NCBI GenBank assembly: GCA_963822965.1
Contig: CAWGJT010000007.1
Span: 32,001-96,000 of the forward strand
Reading direction: 5' to 3'
Source: an uncultured delta proteobacterium
Lineage (GTDB): Bacteria > Myxococcota_A > UBA9160 > UBA4427
Length of the DNA stretch: 64,000 nucleotides
Below are positions 9,662-20,562 of the stretch, in pieces. Under the pieces are notes generated by a model. The model saw only the letters and a program-made list of their open reading frames with translations. It was not told the DNA's origin and searched no databases. Both the position numbers and the translations under genes were made by a program. Numbering within the stretch: position 1 is the first letter of the stretch; every line of letters begins with the position of its first letter.

Positions 9662-12600
9662 TCACAGGTCCGTTGCTTCTGCTGCGATCGTCGACTCCCG
9701 GATCCCGAGCAGGACCAGCTCGGCACCCGCTCCGTCGTTGGGCGACACGGGGCGGGCGCTCAGGAGCAGCCGGCGTCGCCCGAGGCTGGGGAACTCGGCC
9801 TCCACCTCGAAGTCGTCGAAGCCCGAGCCCTCTTGCAGGGCGTTCTCGAGGCGCTCGCGAAGAGTCGGAATGATCCACTGATGGCTTCCCAGATCGGCGA
9901 TCAGCCGGCCTTCGGTCTGATCCGGCTCTACCTGGAACGAACCGGTAGTAGGCACGGTTGGCCCGCACGACGCGGAGCTCGCCGTCCAGGACCAGGAAGG
10001 GCTCGCGCACCGCGTCCACGATGCTCTCCGCCAGCAGCCGCGCCGCCTCGAGCCGTTCGCGGTGCTTCGTATCGGTGATGTCGATGAACGTGACGACCAC
10101 GCCCTCGACGGCGTTTCGCGCTGTACGATACGGCCGGATGCGCACCAGGTACCAGCTGCCGTCCGGAGCGGCTGCCTGCTTCTCCGACGCGTGAAGGGTC
10201 TCGATGACGCTTGCTGCATCCGCCAGGAGATCCGGGTAGTCGAGCTGGGTGGCCAGGTCGGCTAGAGGACGTCCGATGTCGGCGTCGAGCAGGTGCGCGA
10301 CGTGGCGCGCCTGCGGCGTAAAACGCCTCACCCTGAGCTGCTCGTCCAGGAAGATGGTGGCGACCTCGATGTTGTTCATGAGGTTGATCAGGTCGTTGCT
10401 CGCCTCTTCCAAGTCCTGGAGCTTCTGGGTGAGCTCCGCATTCACGGTATGCAGCTCCTCGTTGAGCGATTGTGTCTCCTCCTTGGTGGTCTGGAGCTCT
10501 TCGTTCGTGCTCTGGAGCTCCTCGTTCGTACTCTGGAGCTCCTCGTTCGCCGAGGCGAGCTCCTCGTTGGCGGTCTGGAGCTCGTCGATGGTGCCCTGCA
10601 GGTCGTGGCGCGCGTTCCGGAGCTCCTGTTCCAGCCTCGCCCCGCGGCGGGCCTCGCCTTCCGCTGCGATGGGCTCGCTCTTGGGCTTGCGCTTGCGCGC
10701 ACGGCGCTCTGCCGACTCGAAGGAGACGAGGAACAGCGGCGCAGCGAGCCGCGGTTCGTGGAGCCGCGACGCCTTGAGGTGGACCGTTTGGCGGCCTCCG
10801 TCGAGGTGGAGGCGGACGCTTCGTTCTGCGACCTGACCGCCGACCTCGATCGCTTCGCGGAGGACCGAGGCAAGCGGCCCACGCAGGCCTTCCCGCGCCA
10901 TCTCCACGATGTTCATGTTGACACGCCCCGCCTGGAGTCCGAGATAGGCGCCGATGTCTCCATGGATCTGCTGGACCTGACCCATCCCGTCGACGAGCAC
11001 GGCGGGCGGGCCGAAGGATTCCGCCAGCGCCTTGCTCAGCGGATTCGCCAGATCGGTCCTTCTCCCGACGGGATGGGCGTCGGCCGGGGCGTTCGGGCTC
11101 GCACCGGACCGGGACTGCCAGCGGATCACCGGCTGCGGCGCTGTCGAGTCGTTTCTCCGGTAGATCTTGAAGTTGCTCTCGAGTGGCGCGAAGAGGTCCT
11201 CGGAACCGGTTGCGCTCTCGGATGAACCGAGCAGGAGGAGTCCTCGAGGATTCAGGCTGTAGTGGAAGGAGCGGAGCAGCCGACGCTGCGCCCTCGGCTC
11301 CAGGTAGATCAGGAGGTTCCGGCAGGACACGAGGTCCACGCGGGTGAAGGGCGGGTCGCTGCAGGGCGTTCTGAACGGCGAAGACGACGAGATCGCGCAC
11401 CTCCCGCTTGACCCGATAGCAGCCGTCCTCCCGGACGAAGAAGCGGGCGAGACGTGAGTCGCCGACGTCCGCTGCGATGCCCTCGGGATAGCGCCCGGCG
11501 CGGGCGACCTGGATGGCCGCGGGGTTGAGGTCCGTGGCGAATACCTGCACTTCCAGGGCCTTGTTCATGCGGCGCAGGGTCTCGACCAGCAGCATGACGA
11601 GCGAATAGGCCTCTTCCCCCGTCGCGCAAGCGGGAACCCACATCCGCAGCGGCGAACCGTCTTGGCGTCCAGCAATGAGCTCCGCAAGCTCCGACTCGAG
11701 CGCCCGAAAGGCTTTCGGATCGCGGAAGAAGCTGCTCACGCCGATCAGCCAGTCGTGCCAGAGGATGTCGATCTCGGCGTCGCTCTGGTCCAGATGGCGC
11801 GCGTACTCCTGCGGGTCGTCGATGCCGTGGAGCTGCATCCTCCGCGCGATGCGCCGACCCAGCGTCCCGTGCTTGTACTCGGAGAAATCGAGGCCCCGCC
11901 GCTTGCGTATGACCGCGAGGATCGACTGGATGTCGTTGGGGGACAGCTCCGGGCCGCCGTCGGCACGTGGCGGCGAGACCAGCGCCTTCCGGTCGACGAG
12001 CAGACGCGCCGGCATCTCGCCTGGCGGCAGGACGAAGTCCGCGGCGCCTGCCTCGATGGCACTCACCGGCATCCCGTCGAACTCGGCGGTCGCGGGATCC
12101 TGCACCAGGGCGAGCCCCGATGCCGCGCGGATCGCCGCGAGACCGAGCGTGCCATCGGTTCCGGTGCCGGAGAGGACGATGCCGGCGGCATGGCTTCCCT
12201 GGTCGAGGGCGAGCGCCCGGAAGAAGAGATCGATCGGAAGGTGCGGAACCCCGCGCGCAGCCGGTTCTCGCCTGAGCGTCCCTTCTCGAATTGCCACGTC
12301 GTGTCCGCGCGGCTCGATGTAGACGTGGTCCGGCTCGACGAGGGTATCCTCGGCGATCTCGCACACCGACATCTCCGTAGACCTCGCGAGGATCTCGGGA
12401 AGCATGCTTTGACCCGTGGGAGCCTGGTGACTCACGACGACGAATGCCATCCCGGAGTCGGGAGGAACCGCCGCGAGGAGCTCGCGCAGCGGCGCGAGCG
12501 AACCGGCGGAACCACCGATTCCGACGATCAAGGGCCTCGTGGAAGACGCGCGGCGAGGCGTGGGCTCCGAAGGAGCGACAATCGGATCGGTCGGCTTCGG

Positions 12601-12720
12601 AACTCTCTCGCCCGCTTTCTCGCTCGCTTGCTCATCCGCTTGCCGGGCGACGCCCTTCTTGGCGGGACTCGCCGCCTTCCTGCCGGAGCTCCGCGGAGTA
12701 CGGGTTTGCTTGTCGGTCAC
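9662..12720 (-). CDS. CheB methylesterase-CheR methyltransferase-PAS fusion (frameshifted)
   Basis: VGIGGSAG, LSGTGTDG, ACATGEEAYS, DLVSCRNLLIY, NEELQSTNEELQ coiled coil, PAS; shifts near 11360 and 9940. Confidence 0.9.
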
Positions 12721-12775
12721 CGAGCAGAGTCTAGCGGAACGCGAGCGTGAAGCTGCACGCGCGGACAGCGCGAGA

Positions 12776-12969
12776 CTGCGCGCGCGGATGAAGGGCGAGA
12801 CTGCGCGCGCGGATGAAGGGCGAGGCTGCGCGCGCGGATGAAGGGCGAGGCTGCGCGCGCGGATGAAGGGCGAGGCTGCGCGCGCGGATGAAGGGCGAGG
12901 CTGCGCGCGCGGATGAAGGGCGAGGCTGCGCGCGCGGATGAAGGGCGAGGCTGCGCGCGCGGATGAAGG
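12776..12969. repeat. Tandem repeat, 25-bp unit CTGCGCGCGCGGATGAAGGGCGAGG, 7 full copies plus one partial
   Basis: Units start at 12776, 12801, 12826 ... 12951; no spacers; a degenerate unit at about 12753. Confidence 0.95.
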
Positions 12970-13143
12970 CGCGCCGGGAGGTGAGGGGAGCGGCGGAGGT
13001 GCGCTCTCGGCCTCGAACCCGTGTCTGGACAGGGCGGGGGACCGATCCTGAACCGCACACGCAAGAGAGCTCAGGCCAATCCCCTCAGTCGTCGCTCCCG
13101 TGGTTCAGGACGACGTCACGCCTCGCTCTCCGCGCGTATGCCT

Positions 13144-13473
13144 CTACTCTCGCCCGGGCCTGGCCCCATCCTCGATCAGCAGGTCGGCCGCTGACAGCAA
13201 GCGGGCGAGCTTGTCGCAGTCGCTCAGGTGGGAGACGAGAATGTCGAGATTGTCAGCGAAGACCTCGGTCACGATGCTCTCGAGGGACGCCCGGTCGCCC
13301 ACGCGCCGGGCGACGTGGCGGAACACGCCCCTCAGGCACACATCGAAGCTCTCCGAGAAGGCCATCCACGTGGGGTTGGCGCGACCCGCATCCTGCCCGA
13401 TCGGCACATTGAGCCACTCGGCTTGCAGCACGGACCACGGCAGCCCTCGGGCGAGTCGGGTCAACGGGGCCAC
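13144..13473 (-). CDS. Small protein resembling sigma-70 region 2 only
   Basis: FSESFDVCLRGVFRHVARRVGDRASLESIVTEVF aligns by eye with FSALYRLYSTSVYAYTLKRVGDPSLAEDLSQEVF of the ECF sigma at 18437-19045; start uncertain. Confidence 0.5.
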   Translation of the reverse strand: MAPLTRLARGLPWSVLQAEWLNVPIGQDAGRANPTWMAFSESFDVCLRGVFRHVARRVGDRASLESIVTEVFADNLDILVSHLSDCDKLARLLSAADLLIEDGARPGRE

Positions 13474-13803
13474 CCGTCTCGCATTGCGTCGCCTCGTTCC
13501 GTCAATGGACTCCCCCCCTGCCGGCAGCCTACCCTGGAAGGCAGGACCCCGGGCATCCCCAGACCCAGGTAGATGGTGCGCCGACGCCGTGGATTCGAAC
13601 GAGCGGCGCGCCCGTCAGCACGGCCCGGCACCGACCGCGGCTCCTGGTGCCTCCTACCACCGTTCCTCCCGCGATTCGGGGGTCGTCCAAGAATCCATCA
13701 TTACCGTGGCTCGGGCTGCCGTAGCCCCAGATCCATGGATGGTCGGACACTGCCCCGACGACTAACCTGGTTTTCCATCCGAATCGGTATCGAAGGAGTC
13801 CCC

Positions 13804-14178
13804 GTGAAGCGAACACTACTCATCCTCTGTCTCGGCCTCGCTCTCAGCCTGTTGAGCGCGTCCGCTTGGGCGACGCCATCTCATGAGGGCAAGGCACCGA
13901 AGGAGCTCTCGACCCGCGCGGATGACCTCGATCTCTCGCTCTCGTCCCACAAATCCCACGCTTCGAAGAAGCCTGCGAAATCCCACGCTTCGAAGAAGCC
14001 TGCGAAGAGCCACACCAAAAAGGTGCGGGTAGCCACGGAGCGGGTAGACATCCAGGAGCTCGGGGGCGAGTCCACCGGTCCGAGCGTCGCGTCGGCGGTT
14101 CCCGAACCCTCCGCGCTGCTTCTCTTCGGCGTCGGATGCCTCGTCGCGCGGCGCGCGATCTTCCGCGCTCGGCGGTAG
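13804..14178 (+). CDS. Small PEP-CTERM protein with Lys/Ser/His-rich repeat
   Basis: AAGGAG RBS, signal peptide, KSHASKKPA x2, VPEPSALLLFGVGCLVARR. Confidence 0.85.
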   Translation: MKRTLLILCLGLALSLLSASAWATPSHEGKAPKELSTRADDLDLSLSSHKSHASKKPAKSHASKKPAKSHTKKVRVATERVDIQELGGESTGPSVASAVPEPSALLLFGVGCLVARRAIFRARR

Positions 14179-14454
14179 TGGCGTCTCCATCCTGGCCGCC
14201 CAGTGAGCCCGCGAACGAGTGACCGGGAGAGCTGCGAGCAGATCGCGAGTGCTTGCGGCGAATCCCGGCCTCCTCGTGGACCGGCTGGACGAAGGGTGTG
14301 AGTTCGTCCGGCTCGAGGCGTCTTCGCGTCGGCTTCTTGGGATCGGCCGATTGAATTGGCGTCCGGGAGACGCCGCTCGATCGGCGCGATCGAACCTAGC
14401 GACTCACCATCTTCCTCCGACCCCCTCGGCCGGATGGATCGAGGAGACACCACC

Positions 14455-15567
14455 ATGTCAGGTTTCATCGCCTGGAAGGGCCTGGGCACGATCGCAACGT
14501 GGGCCGCGAGCCGCATCGCCAACCGGCGGAGCCACGCACTCGCCCTCGCGGCCGTGCTGGCCATCGTCAGCGCAGCCTGGTCGGGTCCCGCGACCGCAGC
14601 GCAGGCACCCGACGCCTGGATCACCACCAAGGTCAAGATGGCCCTGCTCGTCGCGAACGACGTGCCCGCAACCGCCGTACGCGTCGACACGACCAATGGC
14701 ATGGTCACGCTGTACGGAACCGTCTCGAGCGCCGACGAGAAGGCTGGAGCCGAGCAAGCTGCCCGGGGTGTCGAGGGCGTGCAGGAGGTTCGCGACCTGC
14801 TGCAGGTCGTGGAGCGGCCCCGCCAGCGCGAGATGGCCGTGGCCGACAAGGCGCTCGCCGCAGAAGTCCAGAAGCGGCTCGACGCGGATCCCGCCCTGCG
14901 GAACAGCAAGATCGAGGTGAAGTCGGCAAACCGCGGCGTGGTGCTGCTGGACGGGGAGGCGAGAACGCTGAGCGCGCACCTGCAGGCACTCGAGGTAGCG
15001 CGCGCTACCTCCGGCGTGAAGCGCGTCGCCAGCGAGATCAACAGTCCGGACACCCTGGCCGACGACGAGATCTGGCGCGACGCAAAGAGCGACTCCGGGA
15101 ATCCCGCCATGGCGGCGGCGAAGGACGCCTGGATCACCACGGCATCGAAGATCCGGCTCATGGCCGACCCGGCCACCCCGTCGCGCGACATCAACGTCGA
15201 TACGCTGGCTGGCGTCGTGACGCTCTTCGGCACCGTACCCACCGAGGCCGCGCGGCACGCGGCGGAGATGGAGGTCGGGAAGGTCGACGGTGTGAAGAGC
15301 GTCGAAAACGATCTCCAGGTCGTGCCGCAGGTGTCGGCTGCCGCTGTCGAAGACCAGGACGAGCGAGCGAAGGATGCCATCGAGAAGCAGCTGAAGTCGC
15401 GTGAGGATCTCTCCGACGCGAGCATCGACGTGGAGGTGGCGAACGGCGTCGCCCGCCTCACCGGGACGGTCCGAAGTCAGGCCGATCGGTTGGCCGCGCT
15501 CACGCTCGCCCGGACCACGGACGGAGTGCGTTCGGTGACCGGCGATCTCACGGTGAAGAGCCAGTAG
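14455..15567 (+). CDS. Multi-BON-domain (OsmY-like) protein
   Basis: DAWITTKVK and DAWITTASK, repeated G-V-L-G-V BON patterns (about four domains). Confidence 0.9.
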   Translation: MSGFIAWKGLGTIATWAASRIANRRSHALALAAVLAIVSAAWSGPATAAQAPDAWITTKVKMALLVANDVPATAVRVDTTNGMVTLYGTVSSADEKAGAEQAARGVEGVQEVRDLLQVVERPRQREMAVADKALAAEVQKRLDADPALRNSKIEVKSANRGVVLLDGEARTLSAHLQALEVARATSGVKRVASEINSPDTLADDEIWRDAKSDSGNPAMAAAKDAWITTASKIRLMADPATPSRDINVDTLAGVVTLFGTVPTEAARHAAEMEVGKVDGVKSVENDLQVVPQVSAAAVEDQDERAKDAIEKQLKSREDLSDASIDVEVANGVARLTGTVRSQADRLAALTLARTTDGVRSVTGDLTVKSQ

Positions 15568-15697
15568 CCGGGGCCCGCCGGGAAGTCAGGCACATCCTCT
15601 GGAAGCGTTCTGGAAGCTCATCGACTGGTCGGACGTCGCCAAGCGCTTCTCGAGCGTACGCACCCTCGATCGGGTGCTGTAGAGGAGCGGACAAGGG

Positions 15698-17635
15698 ATG
15701 ATGGCCTCGGAGACGATGAGTCCGGAGCCCCGCAGGGCGGCATGGTCGGCGGATGCGGGATGGCTCTCGCGGGTGGGGCCCTGGACGGACGACCGTCCCG
15801 ATCCCGCGCATTGGCTCCCGACGATGGGTCTCGAGAGCGCGCTTCAGAAGGTCAAGAAGGCGCTGCGCGCGGGGTTCGATCCGATCGTCGTATCCGGCCC
15901 CGCAGGCCACGGGAAGACGCTGTTGTTGCGCTCCCTGCGGACCCGACCGCCGGGCGGTCTCGCGCCGATCTTCGTTCCCTTTTCGAACGTCGGGCCCGAC
16001 GAGCTCGCGGCTTGGATTCTCGAGGCGGCCCGCCAGCCTCTCGATCGAGCCCCCGCCGCTCGCTTGGTGCGCCTGCTGCGAGCCAATGCGCGGTTCAGCG
16101 GGGGCGCGCTGCTGTTGATGGACGAGGTGCAGGCGACGCCGTACGCGACGCTCTCGAAGCTGTTCGAAATCATCGGCGAGTCGGATGGAGCGGTTTCGGT
16201 GGTTCTGGCGGGTCTTCCAGGCGAGGCGCTGGATCTGGCGCTCACGGCCGTTCCGTACCCGATTCGGGAGGTCGAGGTCTCCGAGCCGTGGAGCCGAGCT
16301 GATGTGGTGCTGCTCCTCACCCAGGTCGCGCGCGCGCTGCGGGTCGCCCCGTCCGGTTTGATCGCAGCGATCGACGTGGACGCCGCACTCAGCGACGGCG
16401 CGGGAAATCCGCGACTCGTGCGCGCCGCGCTCGCGGCGCGGCTCCACGCCGCCGAGCTTGCCCGCGAACGCATCCCGCGCGTCGTCCCGTTCGCACGCGC
16501 GCAGCCGCCCGCGCGCCTCGCGGCGCCCGCGCCCCTCGACTGCACGCCTCGGGGCACTGCGACTCCGATCCCGTCGGCGCAGGTTCCGGCGGCGGCGCGG
16601 TCCCAGCGGACCCCGTCGCCGGTACGTCGCGAGCAGCGAGCCAGGGCGGCCCTCCCCGCGAGATCGCGGGCCTGGCGAACGAAGCGCGGTCGGGAGTGGA
16701 TCGCGGCGTCGTGGCGACGCGCCATGCAGGTGTTCGTGCCCGCGAGCATCCGCCTCCGGCGGAGCACGGCAAAGCGAGCGCGTGGCGTGCGAGCCTGGCT
16801 CGACGGTGCGGCATGGCGCGCGCACGTTGCGTCGCAGCGAGCCGCTCGCTCGATTCGGACGCATGGGCATCGAATGGACATCGCGGCCCGAGCGCGCACG
16901 AGCGCGGTGTCGGCCCGACTTCGATCTCGCGCGCTCGCTCACGGCGAAACCATCTGGAGGCGTGCCAGAGGTCGTGCCCGTCAGGCGCGCGCGATCCCTG
17001 GCGCGATCGCGGCGCTGGCCGCGCGAATCGACCGCAACGAGGAATGGAAGCGAGCCAAGAGCTCGATTCGAACGCATGGGCATCGAATGGGCATTGCGGC
17101 CCGTGTTCGTACGCGCGCGCTGTCGGCCGAATTTCGATCTCGCTCGCTCGGCTGCGGAAGGGCCGTATGGAAGGCGGCCAGAGAGTGGGTCCGGCAGGTC
17201 CAGGCGACGGCTGCCAGCGCTCGCCTCACTCTGGGTCAGGGCGTTCTTCACAAGCTCACGGCCGCGGCGCAGCCTCTCCAACGTGGTGCGCGACTTCCGC
17301 CCGTCACCGCGCGTTCCGCACTCGCGATCGCCGGCGCCATCGCGGCGCTCGCCGTGCTCGTGGCCGACGGTCGAGCGCGGGCGCCCGTGCTCACGGAGGT
17401 GTCGCAAATGGGGAACGAGGCGGTCCTCGGGACGGCCGTCGAGCCGATTCCGTTTCGCATGAACTCGCACCCGTGGTCGACCGTCGCGATCGACGGCGTC
17501 GAGGCGGGCACCACCCCATTCACGATCCCACTCGAGCCCGGTCCCCACCACTTCCGAGTCGCGATGGCCGACGGCCGCATCCTGGAGCAGATCTTCGTCG
17601 TCTCGACGCTGCAGGACCGCCTGGCGTTCCGCTAG
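15698..17635 (+). CDS. ExeA-like AAA ATPase with Arg-rich linker, TM segment and C-terminal PEGA-like domain
   Basis: Walker A GPAGHGKT, Walker B LLLMDE, GNPR; C-terminal SHPWSTVAIDGVEAGTTP...LEPGPH. Confidence 0.7.
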   Translation: MMASETMSPEPRRAAWSADAGWLSRVGPWTDDRPDPAHWLPTMGLESALQKVKKALRAGFDPIVVSGPAGHGKTLLLRSLRTRPPGGLAPIFVPFSNVGPDELAAWILEAARQPLDRAPAARLVRLLRANARFSGGALLLMDEVQATPYATLSKLFEIIGESDGAVSVVLAGLPGEALDLALTAVPYPIREVEVSEPWSRADVVLLLTQVARALRVAPSGLIAAIDVDAALSDGAGNPRLVRAALAARLHAAELARERIPRVVPFARAQPPARLAAPAPLDCTPRGTATPIPSAQVPAAARSQRTPSPVRREQRARAALPARSRAWRTKRGREWIAASWRRAMQVFVPASIRLRRSTAKRARGVRAWLDGAAWRAHVASQRAARSIRTHGHRMDIAARARTSAVSARLRSRALAHGETIWRRARGRARQARAIPGAIAALAARIDRNEEWKRAKSSIRTHGHRMGIAARVRTRALSAEFRSRSLGCGRAVWKAAREWVRQVQATAASARLTLGQGVLHKLTAAAQPLQRGARLPPVTARSALAIAGAIAALAVLVADGRARAPVLTEVSQMGNEAVLGTAVEPIPFRMNSHPWSTVAIDGVEAGTTPFTIPLEPGPHHFRVAMADGRILEQIFVVSTLQDRLAFR

Positions 17636-17663
17636 ACGTTCCGGCCGGACCGGCCTCGCTGCG

Positions 17664-18413
17664 TCACTTCGCCGATGCGCTGCCGTAGAGCACGCCGAGC
17701 CGAGGCGAGAGCCAACCCGGGGGAGGCTCGAAGCCGGGGTCGAGCACGAGCACCCGTGCGAACTGCTCGCTCGCTCGTTGCTCTTCGCCGAGACCCGCCA
17801 GCGCGCTGCCGGCGACGAAGGCAGCGCGCGCGCGCAGCTCGTTCCCGTCGGATTCCCGCTCCAGCAGCGACTCGGCCTCTTGCGAACGCTCCAGCGCGCG
17901 CTCGAAGCGGGCGTCCAGGTAGTCCTCTTCTGCTTCGATCATCAGCGCCGCGGCTCGCGTCGGCTCAGCCGGATTCTCGCTGGCAAACGGTGGCCGAGAC
18001 GCGACGACGGCCGATGGGGGGAGCCGCAGGCGCTGACCGACCGCGATCCGGTCCGGATCGAGGATGCGATTCAGCTGGCAGATCGCAGCGAGCCCTACGC
18101 GGTAGCGACTTGCGATCTCGCTCAGTGTCTCGCCCGCGCGCACGGTGTGGACGACCTGCTCGCCGCCGGAATGGAGCGGCTGCTCGTCGAGCCCGTTCCC
18201 ATCGGCGCGAGGGAGCCCGTGGCTGGGACCGAGCGAGGTCTCGTTCGAGCGCACCGGGTGTGTCGACGCGGTCACACAGCCCGCGAACACGAGCAGCGCG
18301 ACGGCGAGGAGAGCCACGCCGGGCCGGCGATCCCTCCACTCCAGCCTCTCGGCGCGCGCGGCCGGCGTGAACGGCTCGCCGTCGATCCCGGAGCGTTTCC
18401 CCTGGCGGGCCAT
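17664..18413 (-). CDS. LysM-domain lipoprotein with C-terminal TPR-like helices
   Basis: FAGC lipobox; HTVRAGETLSEIASRY...IAVGQRLRLP. Confidence 0.85.
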   Translation of the reverse strand: MARQGKRSGIDGEPFTPAARAERLEWRDRRPGVALLAVALLVFAGCVTASTHPVRSNETSLGPSHGLPRADGNGLDEQPLHSGGEQVVHTVRAGETLSEIASRYRVGLAAICQLNRILDPDRIAVGQRLRLPPSAVVASRPPFASENPAEPTRAAALMIEAEEDYLDARFERALERSQEAESLLERESDGNELRARAAFVAGSALAGLGEEQRASEQFARVLVLDPGFEPPPGWLSPRLGVLYGSASAK

Positions 18414-18436
18414 GTGGAATCCTCCCCAAGCAGCGC

Positions 18437-19045
18437 CTAGGCGGCCTTTTCTGTCGGCGTGTCGAGGAACTGGCCGAGCTCCGGGATCCGATCGAGCAGG
18501 GCGCAGCGGCTGCGGTGCAAACTGACCTTGACCGCCCCATCGGATTTGCCGACCCGCCTTGCGATCTGGCGGATCGAATCGCTCTCGCGATAGCGAAGGT
18601 GGAAGATCCTCTGGTGCGCCGGTCGTTGCGTTTTCGAAAGGATCTCCTCGCAGCGGCGCAGCGCACGCACGGCATCGATTCGACGCTCGGTCCCGGCTTC
18701 CAAGGGGATGTCATCCTGCATCCTCGATGCGAGCGGCGACTCGCGCCTGCGCGTGCAGGTGCGGTAGTGGTACGACACCACGTTGTGCGCGATCCCGAGA
18801 ATCCAGCACGACAGGCTCGACCGGCCGCCAAAGCTCTTCAGTGACCTGTGGACCTGCAAGAAGACCTCCTGGGAGAGGTCCTCGGCCAGCGACGGGTCGC
18901 CCACCCGCTTCAGCGTATACGCGTACACGCTGGTCGAGTAGAGCCTGTAAAGGGCGCTGAATCCGGCTTCATCGCCGCTCAGCGCCGCGTCGAGGATTCC
19001 TCGCTCACGAGCCGGGTCGACCGGATTGGCGCGCGCGCTCCGCAT
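18437..19045 (-). CDS. ECF RNA polymerase sigma factor
   Basis: AEDLSQEVF, WILGIAHN (region 2); IRQIARRVGKSDGAVKVSLHRSR (region 4). Confidence 0.9.
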   Translation of the reverse strand: MRSARANPVDPARERGILDAALSGDEAGFSALYRLYSTSVYAYTLKRVGDPSLAEDLSQEVFLQVHRSLKSFGGRSSLSCWILGIAHNVVSYHYRTCTRRRESPLASRMQDDIPLEAGTERRIDAVRALRRCEEILSKTQRPAHQRIFHLRYRESDSIRQIARRVGKSDGAVKVSLHRSRCALLDRIPELGQFLDTPTEKAA

Positions 19046-19290
19046 CTCTCACCTCCTTCTTCGACCCAGCCGGACGGTACGTCCAGGGGGTTGCAGCTCG
19101 GAGATCTGCCGTCGGATGCTCGCGTGTCGGCAGCGTATGTGTATCCCCGCTTCCAGGGATATTCCGTTCCTGAAGTGTCGATTTGCGTACTGACTCCACG
19201 TCCACGGAACGGTCGGGTTTCGGTGCCGCGGGAATGGCTGCGGCCGATCGGCGGAGCCCCGGCCGCACAGGCGCTAGCCTCTGCGAAGGC

Positions 19291-20562
19291 ATGACCAGGA
19301 CATCGACGGAGTGGTTCCGGACGCGGCGCCGGTGGGTTCGCTGGGCACTCGGGACGTGCGCGGTGCTCGCCGTGATCGGCGCTGCCACATGGTTCGCAAC
19401 GCCGTGGTACGTCCGCACCAGGGTCCTGCCGCGTCTGTGGGCGCAATATGGTTTGACGGTGACGGCCGAGCGCGAGGACTTGTCCATCGTCGAGGGCGCT
19501 GCAGAGCTTCACGGCGCGCGGGTCTTCGACGGCGAAGAGGAGATTCTGACCGCCAAGCGCATCAAGGTGCGCGTCTCGCTTCGCGGGCTCTACGAGGGAC
19601 GCACCGTCTTCGAAGGCATCGTTCTCGACGATCCAGTACTCCACCTGCGCCTCGGAGCCGATGGGCGCACGAACGTCGGAAAGATCCTCGCGCGGACGAG
19701 TGGCAGCGAGGCGGCGCCGCGGCCGGCGACCCTGTGGAAAGAGGTCGTCGTACACGGGGGCACGCTCGAGTGGAACGATCCCACGCGCGGAGTGTCGATC
19801 CACATCCTCGACGTCGAGGCCACTGTCCTCGACATGCAGACGGGCAGTGGAGAGCGGTCGGACCTGCTCGGGCAGATCACCGTCGATGCGAAGCTCGAGC
19901 AGCCCGGTTGCGAGCCCGCACTGCTGTCGATCGTCCACTGGACGACGTCCTCCGGGAACGCGGGGCCCAGCTTCGTCGCCCACGCCGCCCTGACCGGAAT
20001 CGACCTCGACTCCTTTCCCATCTACGCCGACGCAATCCAGCGAGCCAGTCTGGCTGTGGACCACCTCGACCTGGTCGTCTCGATGGACGTTCGCGATGGG
20101 GTCATCCGCCGTGGCGCAGCGATTGCGGTATCTCCCGAGCGCAAGAGGCCTCTCACGCTGCTCTTCGGGGGTCCGTTGGGCGATCCCGTGTTCGATCGCT
20201 CGAGCAAGCTCGTGGCGCTCTGGGAGCTTCCTTTCGCGCGGCTCGGTCGTGTCGGCGATGTCGTCTGGGAGACAGGGGGCGGGGTCGTTGGAGGGGTCAT
20301 CGGTATCATCGATGGCGTCGTTCACGGCGACCTGCTCGGCGCGGGGAGGTCGGCGGTCGAGGGCGTGGGCGGCGGCGTTCTGGCGCTCGGTAGCAACGCG
20401 CTCGATGCGCTCGAGGACCTCGGCCGCGCACTGGGACTCGTCGCGCAAGCGAAAGCACACGATACCGTGTCGATTCACGAGCGCTATCGAGCACAGTTCC
20501 TCGCCGCGCGCGCCGAAGCCACTCGAGCATGGTCCCGAGGACACTCCGAACCGGGCGCCTAG
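19291..20562 (+). CDS. DUF748/AsmA-like membrane-anchored protein
   Basis: N-terminal TM, IVLDDPVLHLRLGADGRTNV pattern typical of DUF748/AsmA. Confidence 0.65.
   Translation: MTRTSTEWFRTRRRWVRWALGTCAVLAVIGAATWFATPWYVRTRVLPRLWAQYGLTVTAEREDLSIVEGAAELHGARVFDGEEEILTAKRIKVRVSLRGLYEGRTVFEGIVLDDPVLHLRLGADGRTNVGKILARTSGSEAAPRPATLWKEVVVHGGTLEWNDPTRGVSIHILDVEATVLDMQTGSGERSDLLGQITVDAKLEQPGCEPALLSIVHWTTSSGNAGPSFVAHAALTGIDLDSFPIYADAIQRASLAVDHLDLVVSMDVRDGVIRRGAAIAVSPERKRPLTLLFGGPLGDPVFDRSSKLVALWELPFARLGRVGDVVWETGGGVVGGVIGIIDGVVHGDLLGAGRSAVEGVGGGVLALGSNALDALEDLGRALGLVAQAKAHDTVSIHERYRAQFLAARAEATRAWSRGHSEPGA

Noticed and set aside
12776..12969. CRISPR array
   Set aside because: Units are head to tail with no unique spacers, and no cas genes are present.
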